From Camelus ferus (lineage: Eukaryota), in NCBI RefSeq assembly GCF_009834535.1, contig NC_045707.1, positions 54,066,001-54,130,000 of the forward strand: DNA of 64,000 nt, in the 5' to 3' direction. A program made the position numbers and the translations under genes. The notes under the pieces were generated by a model. It saw only the letters and a program-made list of their open reading frames with translations. It made no database searches and was not told the DNA's origin. Below, piece after piece: positions 25,162-38,445 of this stretch; position 1 is the stretch's first letter; each line of letters opens with the position of its first letter.

Positions 25162-27801
25162 AAATGAACATTGAAAACTATAATTTAATAAAATTCAACC
25201 CTAGCAAAATATGTAAATCAAGTCATGATCTCTCCAAATGAAGGCCACTATTTTGCACTATACATAAGGGATTTTTTCCCCCTAAAAAGTTACGTGCTTC
25301 AGGTACCATTGTATATTTCTTCTACTTTCTATGACCTAAATTACAATAAACTAAATTCCAGTTTCCTATGCCCTGAGCTCATTTGCCCATGAGTGAGGTG
25401 CGCAAGTAAAAAGCAAAGATCTATTTCCTAGCACCCTCCATTTCATTAGCTGATGTTAAGTAGAGGGTCTCTCAGTGTCTATTTTCAATATCAAAGGTTT
25501 TTCGTCTTTTATCCACTGTCCATACAGTCCAGTGGTGTTTTTTTGCACATACTCTTATTCAGCTGGGGGATTTTTATCATTGCCATGGAGATGTCCCTCC
25601 ATGCCCTCTCAGCCACAACAATTTAAATGTATTCTTGATGATAGTTATTACATATCTATGTGTTTACACCGTTCATCATTTTTTAAAGTGCATTAGCATT
25701 TAGGAATGGAAATCCCCTAATAACAAAAGATGCTTTTCATCAATTTTATTCTCTGGCTTTCTAATGCAGTCTGGGTCCGATCATGTCCATTTAGAACTAG
25801 AGACGTCATTACGTATAATTTTCACCAACCTGGAATAAAATGAAATAAAGGCAGCTATTGTCTCTTTCTTTTCCTCTGTTTGGCAAAAAAAAAGAAAAAA
25901 AAAGCTATTCCGTACTGTGATTTATAGCTCATGTCATGAAGTGGCCGGTTCTCTAAGCTAAACACTATACAAGAGAATAAACTATAAAAAGAACCATTTT
26001 TTTAAGCTCTAAGAAAAAAAATAAAATTTGATCCTTTGTCATGTTCTCTAAATGATAATAGACTCATGTCCAATAACTTGTCTCCTCAGGGCTACTTTCA
26101 AGAGAAAAAAAAGTAGGGGGAAAAAACATGTTTCCCTGGGCTTATGGGCTTAAAGCACTTTATAAAATTTATGCTCAGATATTCCCTTGATAACCACACT
26201 AAACTGTACAACTGTTCAGCAGGTTTCTAGTCATTTGTATTTTAGTTCATACAAGTAAGAAATGGAAGAGGTTTTTTGCTTTTGTTTTTGTTTTTTTTTT
26301 TTTTAATTCTTTACAGGATAGAAGCTTGACTTTTAGTCAAGGCTTTCCAGAATGATAAGACCAACAATTCGGGTAAACTGAAAGAAAACAATTTCCTTCC
26401 ACTGATGATCACAAAAAGAAATGTTTGAGGTTTTTATTTTAAACAAAATGATGTTGTAAATAAGATGAACATTTCTTGAGGAATTAAAAAAAATTTTTTA
26501 ACAGAGCCTCATATTTTATTCATCTGAACCAATGTATGGTGTGGTTTGCGTGGTATACTTTTAGACGCTGCGTTTACCAGGCTTGATTTTAAACCTCTCA
26601 AGTGCAGAGCACTGACTTTTCAGAGATGCAAAAGGGAAAAAAAAAAAAAAAAGATGCTTTATATCTCATTTGCAGAGTCTGCTTTTCTTTCTTTGAGCTC
26701 AAAAGCAAGTACCACAGTAGAGGAGACACAAGGTGCCTAGAAATACTCTCTCATTCTATCATCCTCAAAAGTTATCTCACAGAAGCAGGACAGATTGCAG
26801 AACATGAGGAACAGCTCGGAAATTACTGGCAAAAGAGCTTTGCCCTGAGTTTCAACAAGGATCTGGCCCTAGAAGAAATCACTATAGGTTATACTGCCAA
26901 GGAAACATATGCCCCAGATGCTCCAATTCTCCTCCAGGTCCCATACAAGGAGAAAGGAGAGGGACTAGAAGGCCAAACAAGGACACAGAAGCAGAGCTGA
27001 TTGACAGCAATGGACCACTTTCCCCTCAGGACAAGGAAGATTACTCTTTCCACTCTGGTTTCTTGGTCTACTTGGATCTTAATATGTTTTTGCTGTTCCT
27101 TATGCTACAGTAATTTTATTTTTTGAAATCTCTACCTTTGAAATTTTGTTGTAGTTTTAAGAAATAATACATAGTTACATTTCTTCCATGTGCTAATGTT
27201 ACCTATTAATGCTTTCTCACATGCCTCATTCATTTTCCTAAATGCTGGGCAAAATCCCCAAAAGGAAATGTCAACTGCTTATAATGTTTCCTCTTTAGTA
27301 ATTTTTCAATTCTGAGAATGTCAATAACCTGGTAATTTTCTCAAAGTACAGCATGACGTTAGGAAGACACAGTCAAAATTAACTGTTTCCTAGAGGGTTC
27401 TATTCCTATTTTGCAATTGCCATTCAAAAGGAATCACTGGATTTACAAGCAAGTTTTGTGACAGTGACTGAATTTCCCAACCCAAAATTTGCCAGAGATC
27501 TTCTCAAAGGAGAAAGGAGAGAAGGAAGTAAGGGAGAACTTATTTTAGACTTACACAAATTGGAAAAAGCTGAAATATTTTTAAGCTACTCTTCTCACCC
27601 TTGGTAGGTTTTACACACACAGCACACACAAAATTGGAGGGAAAGAAGTTTCAGAGAGAAAAAGAGGTGTACAAGATAACTGTCCCTAAGAATTCTATTG
27701 AAATCACAGTAAAGCTTTCTTTGAGTTTGCAGAATTCTGGACCAACAACCACACAAACTTATAGAGAGAAATAAAGCTGGGGGAAAGTCATTCTTCCTAA
27801 A

Positions 27802-28400
27802 ATGTTGGCTCAATGCTCATTAACATTGCGGTTTAAGTTCCCCACCATAGGTTTTTCTGTGTACACCATAGGTAAGGACATGCACAAAGGGCCAAGCACA
27901 ACTAAGCATTCCAGGGACAAGAGACATCAATCAATCAAGATACCACATCTACGCGAGAGTATGAGAGAAAGGGGAGACACAGACCTGCCGCTTTTCCTCC
28001 TTTGGCTCATCCTGCCTCTCATGCTTGGAGGGGTACCTTTCCTTTTTTTAAATAAATCTTTTAAAATCTTTCGCCACACAAGGTATCATCTCCTAACTAT
28101 AAACTTGTCTTTCAGGTATGACAAGAGGTCTTTGCCTTTTGGGATAACGGGATGTCCAACTCTTCAGTTATCTCTGGCATCTAGCCAGGAAACTATCTCT
28201 GCAGGTGGAGGGACATGATATACAGGCTGATTAGAACGCTCGAGTGACTTTGGGACTCTCTCTCGGGTCTAATGGAGCCATTTGGTTGAAGTAGCAAGAC
28301 ATTGACACTTCTGGGCTTTCTTTTCACTGTGGGTTCTTTCCTGACATTGGACTTTGGCGTGATTCTTATTTATACTTGAACCTTTCTTGCTTCAGTGCTT
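27802..28400 (+). mobile_element. ERV1-class LTR plus short leader fragment
   Basis: AATAAA 28051-28056, probable LTR end ctcttca at 28166, then PBS-like tggcatctagccagga (28175-28190). Confidence 0.6.
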
Positions 28401-28860
28401 CTCAGAGCAACTCATGTCATTTGAAAATTCTTCATATCATAGACCAAAAATCACCCCTTTGAAGTTGTGGCCGTGGGTGCCAGGGGACAAGAGGTATCTG
28501 CTGCCTGGGTCAGTGACATTGAAACCATCATTTTCCCAGCTTATCTCATCTCTTGTAACTGATTTCTTCCCTGCCACTGGGGCTACCTTCAAGCCATTGT
28601 CTTTTGGGATTTGCAGATTTCACAATGCCATACGACTTCTTTTTTTGTCGATAGGTTATTTTTCCAGAGAAAAAGGCAATAATTTCCTAAAATTCATACA
28701 AATATGAATAAAAGCAGTACATTACTGGTTGTTGCTGTTGTTTTATATAGTACAAAATAAAAAGAGTAAAAAGAAAAGAAAGGAAAAAAGTTCTCCTTTG
28801 AGGCCTCAGTAGGAGTGAATGGAAGATGCTTGTGAAGAGTAATGCTCTCTTAAAATTACT

Positions 28861-29316
28861 AAGCCATAAAAAAGAATGTAATAATGTCATTTGCAGCAAC
28901 TTGGATGGACCTGGAGATTATCACATTGAGTGAAGTAAGTCAGACAGAGAAAGACAAATATCATATGACATCACTTATGTGATGGAATCAAAAAAAAAAA
29001 AATGATACAAATTCTATTTATAAACCAAAAATGAACTCTTAGACATAGAAAACAAACTATGGCTACCAAAGGGGAAAAGGCAGGGGAGGGATAAATTAGG
29101 GGTTGGGGACTAACAGATACACATTACTATATATAAAATAGATAAACAACAAGGACCTACTGTATAGCACAGGGAACTATATTCAATTTCTGATAATAAC
29201 ATATAATGGAAAAGAATCTGAAAAGAAAATATATATATGCATGTATATGTATAACTGAATCACTTTGCTGTACCCCGAAACTAACATTGTAAATCAACTA
29301 CACTTCAATAAAAAAA
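28861..29316 (+). mobile_element. 5'-truncated L1 3' end
   Basis: atttgcagcaacttggatggacctggagatt...aacaaggacctactgtatagcacagggaactatattcaat...cttcaataaaaaaa. Confidence 0.93.
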
Positions 29317-31514
29317 TTTGTTTTACGTTTGCTAATCATGTGCAAAAAAAAATGTCTTTGTGTGAGACTTCAGATTCATGGACTGCTATTGTTCCTAATT
29401 TACTCTTCCCTCTTGAGTAGTGTCTGGATGTGTCTTATTATCTTACTGAAGATACTCTTTGAAGGCTGGGAAGTGCCAGAGAAAGGTCCAGAGGATACAT
29501 AGTGAAGAGTTACCTGCTTGGGTCTGACTCTCCCAGGCACTTTTAATGTAAAGGGATTAAAAAACAAACAAACAAACAAACAACTCTGGGGTTTTAAGGA
29601 TTAAGCAGTAAATTCTCGTCTATGTCAGAGTTTAGAACCAACAAATAGATACAAGAGAATTAGAGATAAAATTAGAGGCTTATTATAAATAAAAGCTAGG
29701 CTGGCATATATTGATTAAGTGTGTGGCCAAATGGACCTGCTAACACCGTCCCTACACCCACATTCAGTCCAGACCTTGGGACACCACCCACCTCCGAGCG
29801 ACAGAGAAAACGCATGCCTCTCTGTGGAGAGAGGAATGTCTAAGAGGCAGAGCAAGAAGGAGGAGTACATTCTAATGGAGATTCCTCCCCAGGAACAAGT
29901 GGTGGGGAAATATTAGTATATGTTCCTCAAGCACAAAGAGACACCTTTGAGTTTTCCTTATTGCCCAACTCAAATCAGTAGGGCAAGAAAGTTGCCTGAA
30001 ATCTGGCAGAAGCATACTACCAAGGAAGAGAGAGTGTGCATTTTACTTATGTTTTGACTTTGTTGTGTTCGTTAGAAACCTAAAAGTTAGAGAAGCCATT
30101 TATATAAAGTTGGACTTGTTTTCCATTCAATTCTGAATGCATTAATATTTCCTAGGGAGCCTTAATACCATAATGTGTCCTTTGAGGGGAGCGGGGGAGA
30201 CATGTGATGTCCTACAGTAGAGTTTAATGTTGTTTACCATTTCCAAACTTCTTTGAGCCTGGGATATTTTGTTGTCTATGCAGTTGCTGGTGTTTCTCAG
30301 ATACATTTATTCAAATTCTGCATAGCCACTTGTTTCATGGAACACTCCATAGAAAATGCTGGGTTTTTCTCAAAATAGTCGGCCCTCATCACAGCACCCT
30401 CATGAAAGAGACAAACAATAATAACTCGCTTTTTTTTTTAATCTCACATTTAAGAGGAACATTTCTCCCGGAATTGCAACATGCTTTAAAAAATCTTAGC
30501 TTGTCGCAGTTTAACTGGTAGCACGCTCTCTTTCCAGGTTGTGCATACAATGTGTATGTCCTACAACAGTGGGGTCTTGTTTCAATGAAACATCGATGGA
30601 AAGATGGGACATAGAAAGTCTGTTTTCTTTTTTCTATCTGTGTATATCCAACAATATTCCAAGTCAAAGGTACTCCTAGCATCTAGCTTACTGCCTGATA
30701 CACATTAAGTACTCATGTTTTCTGGTAAAACTAAAGTAAGGAATGAAGACAGGTACGTGACTTCTCTTACATTTTACAAAGAATTAGAAGCTCATAGGGT
30801 TCCTGACTGCAATGGAAACGCATGCTATCTCTGGAACTGGGGAAGGTTTCCACGGCAAATTATTTCTTTCTGGCCTTTGTAAAGAAAGTATTTGGCATCT
30901 GTCTTTTGTTGACATTAAACAATGTCACTTCCCAATTTCCATGCAGCAGAAGTTCATGGTTGCCAGCTTAGAATAGTTTTGCATTATAAATGGTTTTTTG
31001 GTTCCTGTTCACTTCCCTTGTATATTTTAGTCTCTGCCAGATACATTTGTATAATTTGTTTTAATTCTGAGATTCCATCTAATTTTGATGGCTTCAAATT
31101 ATATTGGAAAAGCAAGAAAATAACATTGCAATTTTCATTTTTTTTTAGCTGGATGACTGAGTGGCTCAGCATTAATTTAATATCTTAGCCATATAGGGTC
31201 AGTATTAATAAACACTTTCTGCTGTGAAACAGTTGTTATAGTGGTAACTTCCCAAATGATGGCAGATTTTCTACTATCTAGTACAAACCTATTTTACTTT
31301 GTACAATAAAATGTTTTGTCAATATCAAATTATCTTAGACCCCTGGCTGGAGATGCAGTGTTTATTCATTTTTCTGGTATTTCAGGTAAGTCGACACTCT
31401 TACTTGGGAGGGGTACCAAAGAGTGATTTCCTCATTTTATAAAAAATAATGAATTATCTAAACAATATGAAAGGTTATTTGCTAACTTTCTGTCTATAGA
31501 GACAAGTATTGGTA

Positions 31515-31553
31515 AGTGAGTCAAGACAGTGAGTCAAGACAGTGAGTCAAGAC
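31515..31553 (+). repeat. Exact 13-bp tandem repeat (agtgagtcaagac)x3, each unit with an AP-1 motif TGAGTCA
   Basis: Read directly. Confidence 0.92.
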
Positions 31554-34392
31554 TTCCAGATTTAATGTGTAATCTGTAAATCCCACTGGTTAAGCCCCAC
31601 CTCACCCCCTTTTTTTTCCCTAATTATTCTTTATTTTCCACATTGGAGATTCTCCAACCCTTCAGATTCTTGCTAGAATAAAAATTCAATGGTCTTGTTA
31701 AAGGCTGACCATCTTACCTCACAGTATAAGAACTAAATCTCTCATTATATTGTCATAGAAGAGAGTTTAGGAAGAGGAAGGAAAGTGTGATTCATCTAAG
31801 CAAACATCATTTGAAAATTATATTTCTTTTTCTCCTCTGTTAAAAATAAATGATGGTTATAAGTGGTTGAAAATATGTTCTCAGTTGCTTTTCTAAGACC
31901 TTCACTCCGGGATCGTTTCTTTTGTTATACAGCATTGCAGGTCAAAGTGTGGTTACATGGGTGACTTACCAAGATGCCAGAAATAAATGGCTTCCACTTA
32001 AGAATACTTGTGTCTGATGGATTAACATGAAGCAAAGGAATAATGAAAGAGTTTATGGTTTTTCCTCCTGTGACAGTACATAAACAGCTAATTTTCAGAA
32101 ATGCTTCAAGCCAAGGGATCATGTCCAGACTAGATTTCACAAGAAGTCCACTATGGTGTTTCAGTGACTGGTGAGCAGTGGATGAATGAAAAGGAGACCC
32201 TAAAACCTAGTTAGGACAACTTGACAAATATTTGGAAGGCATCCATGGGATGTAGGGAGAGAGTCTGAGTTTTGTTCTGAATCATTTATTTCCAATCTGA
32301 AGTGCTAACGTAACCAGTTTCTCTGCCAACATAAAACATGCCTGTATTCTCTCCTTCCCTTCCCTCTAGCTGTCATTATTTCTTCCTCACTTAGTGTAAT
32401 AATGAAGAGAGAACTGGTTTTGGAGCCAGAAGGACCAAATATTTTATTAGTATTGGACTCTAAGCAAAGCATCAAGTCTAGACAAAAGCTCTATTTGACC
32501 ATCATTTCCCTCCTTATTGCTCCTTCCTACATCCCTCTCCCAAATCTCCACCTTATCTAGACTTGCCCTCATCATCCAGGAGTGGAGACACCCATCTTTC
32601 TTATCAAAAGCCTCCTGTAAAAGCACTGAAGAGCACAACATATCTGCCTACTACACGTGAGGCACTCCTGGCTCAGCTCAGAGCTGCCACCAGACCCTTT
32701 AATACCAGTATTTTCCCCACCATCAATAGATAAAAAACAAGGACATATCTAAGTGAGGTTTTTGGGGGTTTTGTTTGTTTGTTTTGTTTTGTTACGAAAT
32801 CATCACAATGGTCTTGTACTAGAAGAGATTAGCAGAGCTGTCCTTGTCCCCATTGCTCTCTGCTCTGGGTTCCCAGAGCCAAACACAAAAACGATGCCTG
32901 CTTTCCTGGTGACTACCTTTATCAGTCCCACTTTCTTCAACTTTTCCCACAGGGAGATATGCTATGACAGGCAGACGTGAAGTGATGGACCCGAAGAATT
33001 TTCCAAAAGTTTTTTTTTTTAAATTTTCCATCTTCCTATCTTATCATTGATCACTGGGAATTTAAGAATAAAAGAGTCAGATATTTGTGGGTTTTCCGAT
33101 GAAAGCATCTCAGATTTAGAGGCTATAGCCTCGAGCAGTCATGAAGAACATATTCTAAGTTAAAGAGCGATAACCAGGAGTGCTCCCCTCCGAGAACTCT
33201 CACCGTCAAGTCTTCCACATCGTCACATCCGGGCGAGGAGTCCAGTGGAGAGGACATGATGGCTAAGTCACACATGTTACTTTCATATCTCATTTTCCTA
33301 AATCTCACTTATCTTTGTACCCATATTCAATTCAATGCAACCAATTATTTCCCCTCCCCTTTTTCAATATCACCTTTATCTCTAATGTCTCTCAGTATCT
33401 TTCCAGAGCCTGCTCAAATATCTCCATGTTGATAAAACATTTTACTACCAATCTGGGCACCTCTTGTCAATCCCTCCTCTGCTTCATCAGAATCTATTCA
33501 TACTTTTAATGTAGAATTTATAATGAATAGTACTTATCAATTTTCACGAGCTAACTCAGTGCCTTCCACACAATAGGCCCTAAGTGGTCCCACTGCTGGG
33601 ATGGATGAATAGATAAATGGTTGGCTGGACAAGAATTTTTTTCTGCTGGGCTGTAAAGTCATTCTGGGCTTGGAATCACTCCGTGATTGAGCAAGTAAAG
33701 GTAACTCCATGACCCAGGGGCATTTTTCTGAGTTAGGGTAGGTTTGCTCAGTCCTGGCAACTTGACCACAAAGTCCAATTTCATTCATTATCTCCTTCTA
33801 TTAAGTTCTATTTTTTTTTAATGATATCTCTTAGTCACATGATAACTGCAGTAAGTATCTGCAAAGCACTAGGAGCGAAGATCACCGTGCGTATCCCTAC
33901 CAGACTGCCCAGGTCCTGAGAACATGATGCCCTGTTGCTCATACTGTGCCGGTTACCTGCTTGTGCTTTTTACAGGAGCCTCCATAAAACATACTCATCC
34001 ATCTTCTTACAGCCTGTGCAATTTGTGATTTTTAGAGTACATTTTCATAAGAATAGAATGTGTACACTCTGGATAACCATGACAGAATAATCTGTGCATT
34101 GGTAGGAGATGTATATTCTGTGCAACCAAAACATTTCAGACTATTTTCTGCAGGTTGATCCACATTTTTCATTCAAGAGCAATTGAAATTTTTCTGAAAT
34201 TTGTTAGTACTTAAACATTCATGTGTAATCTCACTCCTAGATAGATTGGTCAACTTTAATAAAAGTTTATTAGACACTTAGTTTACATTTAAAAGTTTAA
34301 TATTTTTTATTTTTAAGGAATATATAATAAAAAAATACTTATTTTCCATAAATAGTTCTTTTAGTTAAGAGACAGATGACTTTCTAACAAGG

Positions 34393-34411
34393 ATCGCCAC
34401 CTAGTGGTGCA
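34393..34411 (-). promoter_or_regulatory. Putative CTCF binding site
   Basis: Minus strand tgcaCCACTAGGTGGCGat fits the CTCF core consensus. Confidence 0.7.
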
Positions 34412-35149
34412 ATTAGTAATTTATCAAAGGCAGGCATTTTCTATAAGAAAAAAATTAATGAACATTACTCTTTCTCTGTTTTATGTATTTTAAATATCTT
34501 GTGTGTGTGTGTGCGCCTTCATTAAAGTATATAGTTAGGAAGTGAAATTTAACTTTCCATATGTTGACAATATTTTTTCTATTTTTTGTAAAAAATGGCT
34601 GCACCAGTTATTTGAAAATTGTTACTTAATGTGAGGCTTATTTCCTTACTCAGTTGATTTTAATTTATTTCTTAAGACTTGTATATAGCATACCTATCAA
34701 TGCCAAAGGGAGCAAAGAATTTTTTTCAATCCCAAGAGACATCATGTTTTCTTTTCAAGTTGAATCAGTTGAAATAATTCTTAACAATGAGTTTTGACCT
34801 ACTGGATTAGGTCCAGAAAAGCATTCTAAATCTTGTGGCCCTCCTTTCTTTCTTGACTTTACATTCCTACAATCCAGAACTCTAGTCTATAACATAGAAC
34901 ATCAGAGAAGGGTAAGTTATTTGGACCATGGAATAAAAAAAATAAAACAAATCTGCCACTTTCCAATGTTTGTGACAACAAAGTTAAGTGATACATTTTG
35001 TATTTTGGCTGAAAAAGTCTTGAGTCAAATTGCACATTGGCATATAAACTGAAATGAAACTGTTTTCTTTTTTGAGATTATTTGTGTTCAAATGGGTGTG
35101 TAAAAAAATGCTGCCCAACAAATTAAAGCACGTTCCTTATAACGAAGGT

Positions 35150-35415
35150 ACTATTTCACTCATGTCTGTTGCTGAGTAATGAAATAGCTCAAGATTAAGC
35201 AGCTTCACACAACAACCATCTTACTGTATCTCATAGTTCTGTCAGTGAGAATTGGGACAGAGCTCGGGTGGGGTTTCTTCTGTGTGACAATAATCGCAAA
35301 CGCTCAGTGAGATTCAGCGGTCTGGGGGCGCCTTTGTGAGGAGGCATGGAAAGGGAGGCTCAGCTGGGAGTGTGGACCAGAACGCCTGTGCGTGGCTTCA
35401 CCAGAGTGATACCTA
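35150..35415 (-). mobile_element. MaLR (MLT1G/H-like) LTR fragment
   Basis: gtctgttgctgagtaatgaaatagctcaa...tctcatagttctgtcagtgagaattggg...ggctcagctgggagtgtggaccagaacgcct. Confidence 0.7.
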
Positions 35416-35667
35416 CATCATGTGAGAGGTTAGACTAAGGGGACCTCAAGTCAAGGTTCCAACAATGCAGCTGGATTTAAAGAGATTAGTCTACTCCTCC
35501 ATGGTCTGGAGCGATGACGAGACATTTGGAGTAAGATTAATATAATGTATAATATCACAGAACACTCATCTACTTCCCATATTGTCTTCACTCTATAACA
35601 CAACAACTAGTTAACTCTTTGAATCAGTGATCTGCTTAAAACCCATTTTGATGTAGGAAATGCCTAG

Positions 35668-35845
35668 AGTGGTGTTTCTCAATTCTGCTGCGTATTAAAA
35701 TCACTGTAGGAAATTTTTAAAACAGACAGCGGTTCCCTAGCTCTATCCCTAGGAATTTTGACTCCTTCATCTGCAGGGAGCTAGACACTGGTATTTTTGA
35801 AGCACCCCCCAGTTATTTAAATGTGCAGCTGAGGCTGAGGACCAG
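35668..35845. mobile_element. MER5-like hAT-Charlie DNA transposon
   Basis: agtggtgtttctcaa...gtattaaaatcact...ggtatttttgaagcacccccc...aatgtgcagctgaggctgaggaccagt. Confidence 0.75.
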
Positions 35846-38339
35846 TCAGTGGCTACATGTCGGTGATGCTCACACTCCATGGTACCACCGTGGGAAACCT
35901 GAGCAGCTAAACAGACTTTGCATGTAAAGTCTGAGGAAGCAAGTAGTTATAACTTTACAGCCATACCTTGTGCCAAGAACCAGGAGAAAATTAATATACG
36001 ATTTTTTTTCATTATGCCAATAACTAGGTCTACCTAAAAGTTCATCAGAGCCTATGCAATGTGATCCACATAGAGAGGAAGTCCTTGTTTAATGTTGGTT
36101 TCAAGGAACAGATCTGTTCCTCTTATGAAATCCACGTAGACTGTGACCACACTGAAGTAAGGACAATATCACAGTTATCTGGGGACTCCGGTGCCTAACA
36201 CTCGGCCTTACATAGCAAGACTTCAACAACTCTGTCAAGCTGAGTGCTGTCCCCAGCAGACACCTGATAATACATATTTAGCAACATGTAATAAGAGATC
36301 ACTTTTTAGACGGTCTTTGGAAGGAAACAGGGATTTATGAACAGTAAATTTTCTAGAAACAAATATGTACTGTAGACCATTTTCATTTGAACTCAAGTAA
36401 CATTTTTTGTATCAATCCCAGCTTTATCTCTTGGATAGTTCCTGAAATGCTGGTTTTCCCTAAAATTAAAGAATGACACAAATATCTAAAATTTCATTGA
36501 GAACAAAGCTACGATTTCTAGTATATTTCCAATTAAGTTCCCCGTATGTTATTCAATATGCAATTCTTTCAGAATTCAAGTGAAGGGTAAAATTAAATTT
36601 GCCTGTTTAAAAAACTAGTCAGCTGAAAATTTGAAATCTCTCAGTAACCCTGTCACATGTAAATCGCTGCTCTGCCTTGGGAGTCAGCGTGAGAGAGAAC
36701 CCGCTGAGTTTTGAGGTGAGAAATAGAATCATACTTCATTTTTATTTGAAGACCTTACACTTCGAGCTGAACGCACTGGAGTGAATCATTAGTTCCAAGC
36801 ATCACAGTAAAATTCAACTAAAATACCTCAGGGTTCACTCGTTGTAAATTGTCACGGCGTGATATTCTAACACTTAAAATCAGGGATTTCCAAGAAGGAT
36901 GTTTGACAGTCTAAAATTTCCTGGTAACTTTAAATACAAATTATTTTGTACTGTGATCCTGTAAGAAATGTGTAAACTGCTGTGCCAAATTCACCTTAAA
37001 AATCACTGCACATGACAACTTACTTGACAATGTTACTTTCTAGTTCTGAAAAAAAAAAAAAAAAAAAAAAAAAAGCCAAAGACAAAAAGTCTTATATAAA
37101 CTACCTTAAATTATTTTCATTTCTCTGAGTTGCTTATTTTTCCTTTTAATGTGTTTTAGTAACTAAAGGAGTTTTATGCTTAGTCTTCATATGAATGTTC
37201 TACAATGCAAAAGGCAAAACCGGAAAAGCAGGAGAAAGAATGCTTATGTGGGTCAACTACATGTAAAACCTGTAATTCTTTGTTTCCCAACAGTGTCCTT
37301 AGCATTGACTGTTACCTCCTCGAAGGCAGGCATTATAACCTAATTCACCACTGGATTCCCAGCACTTGGCACAGAACCTCATCAAAACTATTTAGATTTG
37401 ATGTGTACTCCCCCTCTTTTAAGTAACGGGATTAAAAGGAATGAAGATACTTGGGAACCTTTTTTGTTAGACTAACATCACTGTGGATGTGGGAACATCT
37501 TACAGTATCCAGTTAATCTGCTTACATTTCACAATTTAAAATTGACATTGACACTAAAAAAAAAAATGTTTTCTAGGAACAGAATAAAATATCATGGTAT
37601 TCTAAAAATAAACATACTGAAATTTAGACTTGCTTTCAGGAAAAAAATACTTAAATCATGAATCAATGCTACCCTAACAATAATAATTAATCCTGCCCCC
37701 AGATACAATTTGTGCTTACTAGAAAGGGAACCCTCACTGCTTCATTGATGAGGCAACTTTCTTCAGAAAATCTGAGTTGAAGTGAAAAATATTTAGAAGA
37801 TGACCAAGAGTTTAATTCGGTTACTACTCAGGAACTGAGGGATCTCTACAGAGGTCCCAGACAGCTGTGTCACAGTGTCCTCCACAAGGATACTAGGGGT
37901 TATAGACGGGCACGCTGGGCCTTTCAATTAATCCCTGTGTCCAAGAGCATTCCCTGTATAACCCATGATGTATTTTATTGTCCATGAATTTATTTATAGA
38001 TGGATTTGAAGTCATTGCTCAGAGGACATATTCCTTGGGTATGAGACTTCCTCATGGACTATTTCATGTAGACTAAAAAAAAAAAAAGAAAAAATCTCAG
38101 GCGATTTAGACAAATCATCAGCATCTAGATGTTTACGGTTTAATTATGGTTATGATTCATCTACACAACACTCTTGTGAATCATCTCACATAAAGGGTCC
38201 TAATGTTGAAGGACTTGCCACTGTGTAAGGTAAGTAAGCTGACTGTTCATTGATGTGTCCGATCCTAACCTAGGCTCTCTTCCTACACTCCTGCACCAAG
38301 AGGTGAGAGAGAAGGAGGTGAAAACAGAACAGGTCAGTG

Positions 38340-38445
38340 TGTTCTTTTCCCTCCTTCCCTTCCTCTTTTCTCTCATTCTTTTTTCATTCTTTCATTCTTT
38401 TTATTTCCTTCCATCCTTCCCTTCCCTTCTTTCTTTCTCTACTTC
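38340..38445. repeat. CT/CTTT-rich low-complexity tract
   Basis: Read directly. Confidence 0.8.

Noticed and set aside
29700..30200. Possible ancient LTR-like sequence
   Set aside because: No termini, TSD or family could be assigned by eye
31515..31553. Short repeats as a CRISPR-like array
   Set aside because: No spacers, only 13-bp units, mammalian context
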